Source of the DNA: Candidatus Binatia bacterium
GTDB lineage: Bacteria > Desulfobacterota > Binatia > Bin18
Direction: 5' to 3'
Assembly (NCBI GenBank): GCA_965231775.1
Contig: OZ246888.1
Location: forward strand, 785,757 to 849,756
DNA: 64,000 nucleotides
Shown here in pieces: positions 45,893 through 55,116 of the stretch. The position numbers were made by a program, and so were the translations under genes. A model generated the notes under the pieces. The model had not been told where the DNA came from. It saw nothing but the letters and a program-made list of their open reading frames with translations, and did no database searches. The first letter of the stretch is position 1. Every line of letters begins with the position of its first letter.

Positions 45893-45994
45893 GAGCTGTT
45901 CTGCATGCTGCCTGCCGGGGGCGTTCCATTTCCTCTGCGAGGGGTGGTGAAAACGCGGGGTGGGTTGGCCCCACCCCAAGCTTCGGCCCGGTGA

Positions 45995-46465
45995 CTACTG
46001 CCCGAGAAACTGCTGGTTGACCCAGCCTTGCTCAAACGGGGTCCAGCACTCCGGAGCGAGAATCAGGTTGCGTATTTTCCACTCGCCGTCCACCCTGACG
46101 TATTCTTCTTCGTATTTGGCCACACCCCAGACCGCCTGTTCGCCGCCTTCGAGCATGGTGCAGGGCTCCAGCAGATACCAATAGCCGGTGGCCTGATCCC
46201 CGTTGACCTCAATACGCGGATTCATCACGTAGTGGATGGCAAATGACAGGACCTGGGGAATAGTACCAAAAAATTCCCGTATGGCTGCTTTGCCCTCATA
46301 GTGGCCGAAATTGCCGCCGTCCCAGACGGCATCTTCCGTGAAGCAGCCGACAAACTTGTCTTCATCACGCTCGTCCGCCCCGGCACAGTAGCGGGCCTTG
46401 AGCTTTTTGATGGCCTCGACGTCTTCGAGCGTCTGGACACGTTGAGCGATGTCTTCGAGATTCAT
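45995..46465 (-). CDS. SnoaL/NTF2-like protein (BaiE/LinA-like)
   Basis: RVQTLEDVEAIKKLKARYC..AD, FTEDAVWD, HYVMNP.IEVNGD.A.G.W; AGGAGG RBS. Confidence 0.87.
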   Translation of the reverse strand: MNLEDIAQRVQTLEDVEAIKKLKARYCAGADERDEDKFVGCFTEDAVWDGGNFGHYEGKAAIREFFGTIPQVLSFAIHYVMNPRIEVNGDQATGYWYLLEPCTMLEGGEQAVWGVAKYEEEYVRVDGEWKIRNLILAPECWTPFEQGWVNQQFLGQ

Positions 46466-46484
46466 AGCTCCCTCCTTACCTGGT

Positions 46485-47618
46485 TTAGAGCCCAAAAAAC
46501 TGGACCGCGTTTTCTCCCAATATTTTGTTGACCGATGCCTCCGGCAGGCTGTGCAGGGCGCTGCGCGCCTTGGCAACCGGGTCGGTAAAGCCTTCGGCAT
46601 GCGGATAGTCCGAACCAATAAAAAACTTGTGGTCGCCCAGCAACTCAACCATATAGGGCAGCAGGCGCTCATCCGGGTCGGCCGCAATCCAGATGTTCCG
46701 CTCAAAATACTCGCTGGCCGGACGCTCCATCTGGCACGAGTGGCCCATATAGCTGTAGCGATAATCGAGGCGGTCGAGCCACTCGACGACCCAGCCGCTG
46801 GCGGATTCAATGGTGGCGACGCGCAGCTTGGGAAAGCGCTCGAACACCCCGTCGTAGACCATGGTGGTGAGGGCCATACGAGGGTCCTGAATGCCGTTCA
46901 TGCTCAGGAACATGAAGCCCGGTCGGCGGTCTGCATACCAGTCGTGGCCCAGGTAGTTACGATGCACCACCAGATGGAGACCCACCGCCATGTCGTGATA
47001 CTGGGCAGCGTCCCAGACCGGGTCAAAATCCGGACTGCCGAAACTCTTGCCGTCAACCGGCAGGGCCCCGACAAAGATCGTTCGCATGCCCGCATCGGCC
47101 AGGCGTTCGATCTCGCGCACGGCCTGCGTGGGGTGGCGCAGAGAAATATGTCCGACCGGATATAGACGGCGGTGGTGATTGGCGCACACCTCCAACGTCC
47201 AGGTGTTATAGGCGCGACAATGGGCGGCGGCCAAATCCGGGTCGGTCACCTGGCCTTCCCACATCAGCCCCAGGGTCGGATAGATAAACTGGCACTCAAA
47301 ACCCTCGTTATCCAGATAGGCGATTCGCTGGTCCATGTCTTCGAGGGTATTATTAAACGCGCTGGAAAAGTCAAAAGAACCCAGCCCGGAGCCGGCCTCC
47401 TTCTGACCGTAGCCCACGCCGACGCCAAGCATGTCTTCCATGCTGAACTCACCCACCCCACGAATCCGTTTTGATTCGTTGACGAGCATGGCATGCGTGC
47501 CGGTCTGCGGGTCCTGGGTAAAGCGCAGGCAGCGGGCGCGAAACTCCGGTTCAATATAGCGCTCCCATAAATCGAGCGGCTCCATGAAATGGCTGTCCGC
47601 GTCAATAATCCGGCTCAT
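46485..47618 (-). CDS. Amidohydrolase_2 family protein
   Basis: IIDADSH, GLH, IESASGW, IGSDYPH; start MSRII with GGAGG RBS. Confidence 0.92.
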   Translation of the reverse strand: MSRIIDADSHFMEPLDLWERYIEPEFRARCLRFTQDPQTGTHAMLVNESKRIRGVGEFSMEDMLGVGVGYGQKEAGSGLGSFDFSSAFNNTLEDMDQRIAYLDNEGFECQFIYPTLGLMWEGQVTDPDLAAAHCRAYNTWTLEVCANHHRRLYPVGHISLRHPTQAVREIERLADAGMRTIFVGALPVDGKSFGSPDFDPVWDAAQYHDMAVGLHLVVHRNYLGHDWYADRRPGFMFLSMNGIQDPRMALTTMVYDGVFERFPKLRVATIESASGWVVEWLDRLDYRYSYMGHSCQMERPASEYFERNIWIAADPDERLLPYMVELLGDHKFFIGSDYPHAEGFTDPVAKARSALHSLPEASVNKILGENAVQFFGL

Positions 47619-47681
47619 ACGCCTCCTTCCCTCCTCTTCTCGTAGCGAAAGACGGACGACTTGAAAAGCCTGGACGCCAAC

Positions 47682-47710
47682 AAAAAGGGGCACGGCCTGC
47701 CGTGCCCCTC
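47682..47710 (-). terminator. Rho-independent terminator
   Basis: Minus strand GAGGGGCACGGC-ag-GCCGTGCCCC-TTTTT just after the 47735 stop. Confidence 0.75.
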
Positions 47711-47734
47711 CGGAAGCGTACTGCTTGCTTGCGA

Positions 47735-49009
47735 CTAGGCGGCTTTCTGGAGTCTGGCGCGGCTCGGGCTCAGCTCGTTCCGATAAAACGCCCCATCCTT
47801 CATGATGGCGTGCAGGTTCTTTTTGTCCTGCAGGATGGTGATGTCTCTGGCCGGATTGCCTTTGACGATGAGCAGGTCGGCGATCTTGCCCGGCTCGATG
47901 GTCCCCAGCTCATCGCCCATGCCGAGCAACTCTGCGCCATTCTTGGTGGCCCAGCGCAGGACTTCATTGGCCGGGATGCCGGCGCCTTTGACATAGGCTT
48001 CCAGCTCGTGCGTATATTCGCCGTGGGGCATGGAGGCGATACCGAAATCGTCACCGATAACCAGTTTCACCCCGGCTTTATTGGCCTTGGGCAGGACCTC
48101 ATACGAGTGCTCCAGATTCCGCTCCATGCTGTCGACACCGCCCCAGTCACTCGAACCCGTGCGGCGTTTTTCCTCGACGACTTTCCAGGGGAAGTACAAG
48201 CTCGGCACCACAAAAGTCTCTTGTTCGAGCATGCCCTCAATGCACTCGTCATCCATCCGGTCGCCGTGGTCGATCACGTCCATACCGGCTTTGAGGGCGG
48301 CCAGGATGCCTTTCTTGGAAATAATATGGCCCCGAATTTTCCGCCCGCGTTCATGGGCAGCGGTGGTCGCCGCATCAATTTCGTCCTGGCTCATGGTCAT
48401 GGTGTCCTCATCCCACATCAGGCCATGTCCGCCGGTCGGGTAGAGTTTGATGATGTCCACCCCCATCTTGATTTCTTCCCGCACGGCTTTGCGAAAATCG
48501 TCCGGTCCGTCGCACACGCGGGCTAAGCCGTCCATGCCCATCTTCCAGAAGTTGGGATGACAATCGACCGAATCTCCCGTGGTCACCACGTCCCGGCCGC
48601 AGGCCAGAAACCGCGGGCCCGGAATCATGCCCGTGTTAATGGCCTTTTTCAGCGTGACATCGATATTGTGCATCGAGCCCGCGCCCGCCGCACCCGTGTA
48701 GCCACAGCTCAGCAGCAGCTCGGCGTTCTTGGCCGCGATGAGCGTCAGATAGGTCGGCGGATATTTCATGTCAATATCGTTCATGTCGCCGACATTGGCG
48801 TAGGCGACATGATAGTGGCACTGGACCATGCCCGGCATGAGGGATTTCCCACTCAGATCATACACCACATCCTTGGCTGTGGGGTTGGGCACGTCCCCAT
48901 TTTTCCCAACCGCCTTGATGCGTTGTCCCTGCACCACCACGGTGGAGTTGGGTTGGGGCTTATGCTCCCCGTCAATCAGATTCACACCACGAAAAAATAT
49001 ACGTCCCAT
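47735..49009 (-). CDS. Metal-dependent amidohydrolase (Xaa-Pro dipeptidase/prolidase-like subgroup)
   Basis: SLMPGMVQCHYH, IKLYPTGG, IRGH, IDHG, IGDD, GTIEPGKIADL. Confidence 0.9.
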   Translation of the reverse strand: MGRIFFRGVNLIDGEHKPQPNSTVVVQGQRIKAVGKNGDVPNPTAKDVVYDLSGKSLMPGMVQCHYHVAYANVGDMNDIDMKYPPTYLTLIAAKNAELLLSCGYTGAAGAGSMHNIDVTLKKAINTGMIPGPRFLACGRDVVTTGDSVDCHPNFWKMGMDGLARVCDGPDDFRKAVREEIKMGVDIIKLYPTGGHGLMWDEDTMTMSQDEIDAATTAAHERGRKIRGHIISKKGILAALKAGMDVIDHGDRMDDECIEGMLEQETFVVPSLYFPWKVVEEKRRTGSSDWGGVDSMERNLEHSYEVLPKANKAGVKLVIGDDFGIASMPHGEYTHELEAYVKGAGIPANEVLRWATKNGAELLGMGDELGTIEPGKIADLLIVKGNPARDITILQDKKNLHAIMKDGAFYRNELSPSRARLQKAA

Positions 49010-49108
49010 AGCGACCCTCCTGTGTATAGAGTGTTCTCAAACCTGGTGTTAAGCAGTATTGCTCTGTATCTAGCGTATTTCTGGCCGGAGACCAAACGGA
49101 TTTTTGTC

Positions 49109-50194
49109 CTAGAGATCTTTGACCTCAGGGATGACGCTCTGCGCAAAACGGGTCATGGCTGCCTTGACCTGCTCATGCGGCACCATGCCACCCGGATTAA
49201 ACCAACAGATCAGCTCGTTCATATTGAGCTCTTTATGCAATTGGCGGATGCGGTCCACACAGGCGTCGGCGGGGCCGAAAATAGCCATGCTGTCAGCGAC
49301 TTGCTCAAAGGTAATACTCTCCAGGTTTTTGCGGATCTCCGCGGTATAGCGGTAGGACTCCATGTCTTCTTGTTTGGTCGTGCCGCTGGTCATCATGCCC
49401 AAGACGCTGCCGAAGTAATGTCGGATGCTCGGCTCTACCGTCTGGCGGACCTGCTCCAGGCCTGCGCCCGGATGCATGAAAAACATGGTGGAGACATCCT
49501 GGGGCGGGTACCTGGGGTGGGTGGCCTGTCCGGTATGGGGGGCGTGTTCGTCCCAGGCGTGGCGATAGGTCGCGACCTGCTCAAACATCTTGGGCAGAGG
49601 ATTGGTGACCGATGCCACAAATATCGAATGGCCGGTTTTGCCCGCAAACACTGCGGTTTCCGGGCTGTTGGCGGCGATCCTGATGGGCGGGTGGGGCTGC
49701 TGCAATGGTTTGGGTACGACGCTGGTTTCGGGAATCTTGTAATAGCTGCCGTCATAGGAAAACGACTCATGCGTCCAGGCCTGTTTGATGATCTCCAGGC
49801 TTTCTTCAAAGCGTTCGCGGCTCTTGTCCCGAGAGCGGTCAAAGCCGGCAAAATGAAGCGGGATCGTCCCGCGTCCGACGCCGAACTCCAGGCGGCCATT
49901 ACTCAGCAGATCGACCGTCGCGCCCTCTTCGGCGTTGCGGACCGGGTGCCAGAGCGGCAGCAGGTTGACGGCAATGCCCAGGCGGATGCGCTGGGTTCGT
50001 TGGGCAATCGCCGTGGCCACAATCAGCGGTGACGACATAATCGAGAAGTGCTTATAGAAGTGCAGTTCCGCCAGCCAGGCACAATCGAAGCCGAGTTGCT
50101 CGGCGTGCACGACCTGCTCAATCGTCTCTTGATAGCGCGTTGCCTGGGTCTGGGTATCGGCGCACGGTAGCTGGTAGAAAAGACCAAATCTCAC
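49109..50194 (-). CDS. LLM-class flavin-dependent oxidoreductase
   Basis: GTG start VRFGLF with GAGGAGG RBS; AEQLGFDCAWLAELHF, DLLSNGRLEFGVGRG, PKPLQQPHPP. Confidence 0.9.
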   Translation of the reverse strand: MRFGLFYQLPCADTQTQATRYQETIEQVVHAEQLGFDCAWLAELHFYKHFSIMSSPLIVATAIAQRTQRIRLGIAVNLLPLWHPVRNAEEGATVDLLSNGRLEFGVGRGTIPLHFAGFDRSRDKSRERFEESLEIIKQAWTHESFSYDGSYYKIPETSVVPKPLQQPHPPIRIAANSPETAVFAGKTGHSIFVASVTNPLPKMFEQVATYRHAWDEHAPHTGQATHPRYPPQDVSTMFFMHPGAGLEQVRQTVEPSIRHYFGSVLGMMTSGTTKQEDMESYRYTAEIRKNLESITFEQVADSMAIFGPADACVDRIRQLHKELNMNELICWFNPGGMVPHEQVKAAMTRFAQSVIPEVKDL

Positions 50195-50400
50195 GTATTC
50201 CCTCCTCTGCTCCACACCCGCGCGTGCAGAGTCTGTTGTTTGTGTTGAACACGCCCGGAGTAGGTCTGTCAAGAACAAGGACACGCTCAGCGCAGGGCGA
50301 GAGAGCACGAAGACATGCCGTCCGGAGCCGCCCTTGTTGCCGCCGCTTGGCCTGCGGTATAGTCCTCTGACCACATATTTTACAGCGCAGGAGGGATGCC

Positions 50401-50778
50401 ATGGCGAATCAGAGCGACCTGGAAAAGGGAATCGAAATCCGAAAAAAACTGAGCGGCGACCGCTTCGGGACTTCGGCCAGCGCGCTGGCCGAACTCGCCC
50501 CGGACCTGGAGGAAATGTTGAACGAGGTCGTCTTCGGCCGGGTCTGGACCAGACCGGGGCTGGAGCTCAAAATGCGCAGCGTGGCCGTGATTGCGGCCCT
50601 GACGGCCATGCAGCGGCTGCCCCAACTCAAGAGCCATATCGCGAATGGCCTGAACGCCGGTCTGACCAAGCAGGAAATTATCGAGATTCTGATCCAGATG
50701 GCCTTTTATGCCGGCGCGCCAACCGCAGTCAACGCGTTTCAGGTCGCCAAAGAAGTCTTTGAAGCCGAGGGCGTGTAA
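50401..50778 (+). CDS. Carboxymuconolactone decarboxylase family protein
   Basis: FGRVWTRPGL..KMRS, HIANGLNAGLT..EI.E, YAGAP.A.NA. Confidence 0.9.
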   Translation: MANQSDLEKGIEIRKKLSGDRFGTSASALAELAPDLEEMLNEVVFGRVWTRPGLELKMRSVAVIAALTAMQRLPQLKSHIANGLNAGLTKQEIIEILIQMAFYAGAPTAVNAFQVAKEVFEAEGV

Positions 50779-50794
50779 GGAGCAACGTCCCTGT

Positions 50795-52144
50795 ATGGTC
50801 TGGCCCTGGAGCCGCTGGCGCCGGCAGCGCTCCGCTCACCAACCCGTTCCGCCCCCGGACCTCGGTCAGTGGCGGCTGAATACGGACCGGTTTCTGCGGC
50901 TCCTGCGCGCCCTGGTCGCCGTTGGGGAGCGCTTGCAGAATTCTCCGTCTCAGGCGCAGCCGCCTCCGCAGGAAGACCTTGCCGGAGATATCGTTCTTAA
51001 CGAACTATCCGCCTATACCGCCCGCGGCCGCTTGCAGGTAGAACGGGTGAGTTATACTAAAGGCCGCGGGAATCTGATCCTGAGCTACCCGGGCCGCTGT
51101 GTTGGACGCACGAGCCAGACCGTTGCTTTCGTGGGCGCCCATCTTGATGTGGTGCCGGCCGACCCAAAAGACTGGCAGCGCCCGCCCTTTGCGTTGCAGG
51201 TCGAGGGAGACCGTTTGTACGGGCGGGGGGTCACCGACTGCCTGGGCCATGTGGCCGTTCTGACCGACCTTTTTGCCCAGCTCGCCGAATCTGAGGTGGA
51301 GCTCGACCATAATATTGTCGGGGTCATTATCGCCGACGAAGAACTCTCCAACACGCACGGCGTCGGGATTGGTCGGCTGGTCAAGGACGGCCGGCTCGAT
51401 CACCTCAAGAACGGGCCGCTGTATTGGATCGATAGTGCCGACTTCGGACCAACCACGGCAACCGCCGGGATGGCCCTATGGCGGCTGGCGATTGAGGGCA
51501 AGGGCAGCCATTCGGGATTTCCACAAAACGGGATCAATGCCGCCGAACTGGCTACGGAAGTGACCCGCGCCCTCCAGCAGTGGTTTTACGCCCACTATCC
51601 CGCCCATCCAAAAGAACACGAGTACGGTTTTCGCGCACCGTCGTCGCTCAAACCGACGCGGGTACAGGTCGAGAACGATACCCTGACGAAAATTCCGTCC
51701 ACGGCCCGTATTGAAGGCGATATTCGTCTGACGCCCTGGTATGACCCTGACGAGGTGAAAAAAGGGCTGACGGCCTTTCTGGAAACGCTGGATGTCAGCC
51801 AACTGCCGGTCTTTGGTCCGGGCGGCTATGCCTGCAACGGGCAGGTCGGGACAGCCCGGTTCGAGATGCTGGGAACGCCGTCCGGCGGAATGGCCTGCGA
51901 CCGAACCTCCGCCGGCTATACGGCCCTAGCCCAAGCGGTTGCGGCTGCACGGCCCGACGCTCAACCCTTCGCCCTGACGGGCAGTCTGCCCTATGTCCGC
52001 TTCCTGCAGGAGCACGGTTTTGACGTGCAGATTACCGGTTTCGGCAGAAATGAAGCCTACCATGCGCCGAACGAATTTGCCGAACTGTCCCATATGCAGG
52101 ACGGCTTTCGCATCCTATGTCACCTGTTGCGACACTTCGGCTAG
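50795..52144 (+). CDS. M20 deacylase of the plant/Dictyostelium acetylornithine deacetylase type
   Basis: RGNLILSYPG, HLDVVPA, GRGVTDCLGHVA, GPLYWIDSAD, GDIRLTPWYD, GFDVQITG.G, YHAPNE. Confidence 0.85.
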   Translation: MVWPWSRWRRQRSAHQPVPPPDLGQWRLNTDRFLRLLRALVAVGERLQNSPSQAQPPPQEDLAGDIVLNELSAYTARGRLQVERVSYTKGRGNLILSYPGRCVGRTSQTVAFVGAHLDVVPADPKDWQRPPFALQVEGDRLYGRGVTDCLGHVAVLTDLFAQLAESEVELDHNIVGVIIADEELSNTHGVGIGRLVKDGRLDHLKNGPLYWIDSADFGPTTATAGMALWRLAIEGKGSHSGFPQNGINAAELATEVTRALQQWFYAHYPAHPKEHEYGFRAPSSLKPTRVQVENDTLTKIPSTARIEGDIRLTPWYDPDEVKKGLTAFLETLDVSQLPVFGPGGYACNGQVGTARFEMLGTPSGGMACDRTSAGYTALAQAVAAARPDAQPFALTGSLPYVRFLQEHGFDVQITGFGRNEAYHAPNEFAELSHMQDGFRILCHLLRHFG

Positions 52145-52153
52145 AAGGGCACG

Positions 52154-52441
52154 CTAGCGATGGCGGAACGTGATCCGGCCGCGTTCGAGATCGTACGGGG
52201 AGAGCTGAACCGTGACGCTGTCACCCTGAATGATTTTAATAAAGAACTTGCGCATCTTGCCGGCAACATGGGCAAGGATGGGGTGGCCGTTCTCAAGCTC
52301 AACCCGGAAGAAGGCGTTGGGTAAGACTTCGGTGACGGTCCCGTTCATTTCAATCACATCTTTTTCAGCCTTGGGCTCGGTATTCCGCTCCTTCCGCTTC
52401 CGCCTGCCGCCACCGCCGCCTCTTCGACGTGGTCCAGCCAT
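52154..52441 (-). CDS. infA: Translation initiation factor IF-1 with basic N-terminal extension
   Basis: [35 protein letters not shown]...I.I..GD.V.V.LSPYDL.RGRI.FR; GAGGAGG RBS before [17 protein letters not shown]. Confidence 0.94.
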   Translation of the reverse strand: MAGPRRRGGGGGRRKRKERNTEPKAEKDVIEMNGTVTEVLPNAFFRVELENGHPILAHVAGKMRKFFIKIIQGDSVTVQLSPYDLERGRITFRHR

Positions 52442-52462
52442 AAAACCTCCTCTGTACACAAT

Positions 52463-52503
52463 AAAAAGAAACCCCGGCTGACGCGTGCACGGCCTCCGGG
52501 GTT
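52463..52503 (-). terminator. Terminator-like hairpin in the infA leader
   Basis: Minus strand AACCCCGG-18 nt-CCGGGGTT-TCTTTTT, ending ~12 nt before the RBS. Confidence 0.55.
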
Positions 52504-52606
52504 GCGTTGTTCACAATCGACCCAGACAAGAAAATCCCAGTAACAAAGGCGAAAGCTAGCAGATCACTTCAGTGAAAACAACCAGAATATCCCTCGTGTT
52601 GACGGG

Positions 52607-53791
52607 TCAGGCGCTCTTACCCGCCGCCGGCTGGAGCGCAGGAGTTGGTTCCACTGCTTGGGGAGCGTCGTTGGGGAGAAACCAGACTAATATCCAGGGT
52701 AGGAGGGGCAAGAGGGCGATAAACTGCATAATGGTTGCAAGTCCCCACATATCGGCCGCGGCTCCGAGGACGGCGACACCCAGACCGCCGACGCCGATAC
52801 CGAGGCCCGTCATGAGACCGGCGGTGATACCGAGCCGACCCCGCATGAGACCTTGAGCGATGACCAGGGTGACAGAGAACATCGGCGCCAGACACATACC
52901 GGCCAACCCCAAGATCACGATGCTGGTCGTTCCGTTTGTCTGCAGAAAGAGAGAAATCAGGGGGCACAGCAGACCTGTACAATAGACCAGAAAGCGTTTG
53001 TGGCCGATATGGTCGGACAGCGGCCCACCCAGCAGTGTGCCGACTGCCCCGGCGATCAGGAATAAGGACAGCACTGAGCCGACCTTGAGGGTACTCCCGC
53101 CCTGGTCGGCCAGATAGAGCGGAACATAGGTTGACATCCCCGCGTGGACGCACGCCCCGAGGGTGACGATACTCAACACTAGGGCCAGGGCAGAGCGCGG
53201 AATGGCCGCCGTGGCCGGAGCCGCGTCGGTGAGCGCCGGCCTGGTTTGTGACAGCCAGGGCAGGGCGCGCATAAAGAGCACGCCAACCAGTATCCCCGGT
53301 ATCCAGAACAGTAAGAGGCCGCCTTGACCGAAAGTGGCCAGACAAAAGGCGACTGCCAGCGGGCCCAGACCCAAACCGAGATTGCCGCCCACGGAAAAGA
53401 GTGAGACCCCGGTTGCCTTTTTCTCTCCGGTAGACAGGTAGGCGGTCTTATAGGCTTCAGGGTGATAGCTGGCAATGCCGATCCCGCTGATGAAGACGAC
53501 CACCAGCAGGGCAGGGTAGCTCGTCACCAGCCCCACGCTGGCCATCCCGCAGGTCGCCGCTACGACTCCGAACGGCAGCAGCCAGGCCTGGGCGCTGCGG
53601 TCGGACAGATAGCCGAAGAGCGGTTGAATAACGGAAGAGGTCACATTCGCGACTAGGACCAAGACGCCCGTCATCGTATAGGACAAACCAAAGCTTGTTT
53701 TGAGAAAGGGCAGCAGGGCGGGCAGGGCGCCGGTATTGAGGTCAACCATCAGGTGCCCTAGTCCCAATAAAGCGAGTGCTTTCTTATTCAT
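52607..53791 (-). CDS. MFS transporter (Fsr-like)
   Basis: GHLMVD, SSVIQPLFGYLSDR, YHPEA, SLFSVGGNLG, GGPLSDHIG. Confidence 0.88.
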   Translation of the reverse strand: MNKKALALLGLGHLMVDLNTGALPALLPFLKTSFGLSYTMTGVLVLVANVTSSVIQPLFGYLSDRSAQAWLLPFGVVAATCGMASVGLVTSYPALLVVVFISGIGIASYHPEAYKTAYLSTGEKKATGVSLFSVGGNLGLGLGPLAVAFCLATFGQGGLLLFWIPGILVGVLFMRALPWLSQTRPALTDAAPATAAIPRSALALVLSIVTLGACVHAGMSTYVPLYLADQGGSTLKVGSVLSLFLIAGAVGTLLGGPLSDHIGHKRFLVYCTGLLCPLISLFLQTNGTTSIVILGLAGMCLAPMFSVTLVIAQGLMRGRLGITAGLMTGLGIGVGGLGVAVLGAAADMWGLATIMQFIALLPLLPWILVWFLPNDAPQAVEPTPALQPAAGKSA

Positions 53792-53800
53792 GCCGGCCCC

Positions 53801-55096
53801 TCATGTCACGCTCGTGCTGCTGCTGCCAGGGTCTGACGCTGCAATCCGAATCGGCTCCGGTACGACCAGAAAGAAGAAAATCATAAATGACACTGCGGCC
53901 AGACCCGCGGCCACCAGAAAGGGCAGCGCCCAGTTGCCGGTGGCCGCAACCAGAAAGCCGGCGGTCATTGGCCCAAAAATTCCAGCAAAGTTTCCCGAGC
54001 CGTTCATCACCCCGGATATCGCGCCGACCAACTGCGGGTTCATTTCCAGCGGTATCGCCCAATAGCCTCCACCGGCAATATTCATCAGAAACAGATAGGC
54101 CGTAAAACAGGCCACCGAAGCGCCGCCCGAGGGAACCAGCACCGCCGCCACTAAAAAAGGAACCCCCAGCGCAATACACAGCGAGGGGGCTTGCGCTCGG
54201 GCAAAACGCACACTGAAGCCGCGCTGTAACAGCAGGTCCGAAAGCGCCCCGCCGCCGACCAGCCCGGCGAAACTGGCGAAGGTTGGAATCATACCCACCC
54301 AGCCCATCTGTTGCAGGCTGAAGCCGCGGACTTTGACCATATAGGTCGGCAACCACAACACGATCATCCACAGGCCATAGACCAACAGCAAATACGACAG
54401 AGATAGCAGCAGGACTTGGCGCTCTTTGGCGACCGCCCAGGGAGAAAACTTTTGCGCCTGACGTGGGGCGAGATTGGACTCGATATAGTGCAGTTCTTCC
54501 CGGCTGATTTTGGGATGCTCTGCCGGCGTGTGGGTCGCAAAAGCCATCCAGGCAATCAGCCACACCCCACCGAGCAGGGCGTTGCAATAAAAAACCATGG
54601 GCCAGGCAAACAGGGTCAACAGCCACGTCGTCAGCGGGTAGGCTATGGCCTGCCCGAGATAGGCGCCGGAGATGCTGAGGGTTTGCGCCCGGCTGTATTC
54701 CTGACGGGGAATCCAGCGCGCGTTCAGGGCGGCATAGGCCGGGAAGGTGATGGATTCAAACATGCCCACCCCAAAGCGGATGGCCAACATCAGGCCAAAC
54801 GCGACCTGTCCCACGGGGGTGAGGGCCGTAAAAACGGAAAAGCCAATACAGACCAGAATGAGCAGTCTATGCGTATTCCAGCGATCGGCCAGGACACCGC
54901 CCGGAAATTGGAGCAGGGCATAGCCGACCAGAAAGGCCGAGAAGACCACCCCGAAGCGGCCCTCGTCCCAACCCAGAGACTCCATCATGACCGGCGCGGC
55001 CACCGCGATATTGACCCGATCAAGATAGTTGATCATGCTGCCGGTGGTCAGCAAACCGACCAGCCGGTAGCGGACGGGAAAGGCCGTGCCAGCCAT
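53801..55096 (-). CDS. MFS transporter (anion:cation symporter family)
   Basis: INYLDRVNIAVA, GYALLQFPGGVLADR, P.EHPKIS.EEL.YI. Confidence 0.9.
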   Translation of the reverse strand: MAGTAFPVRYRLVGLLTTGSMINYLDRVNIAVAAPVMMESLGWDEGRFGVVFSAFLVGYALLQFPGGVLADRWNTHRLLILVCIGFSVFTALTPVGQVAFGLMLAIRFGVGMFESITFPAYAALNARWIPRQEYSRAQTLSISGAYLGQAIAYPLTTWLLTLFAWPMVFYCNALLGGVWLIAWMAFATHTPAEHPKISREELHYIESNLAPRQAQKFSPWAVAKERQVLLLSLSYLLLVYGLWMIVLWLPTYMVKVRGFSLQQMGWVGMIPTFASFAGLVGGGALSDLLLQRGFSVRFARAQAPSLCIALGVPFLVAAVLVPSGGASVACFTAYLFLMNIAGGGYWAIPLEMNPQLVGAISGVMNGSGNFAGIFGPMTAGFLVAATGNWALPFLVAAGLAAVSFMIFFFLVVPEPIRIAASDPGSSSTSVT

Positions 55097-55116
55097 GAAT
55101 AGTCTCTACACTCCTC

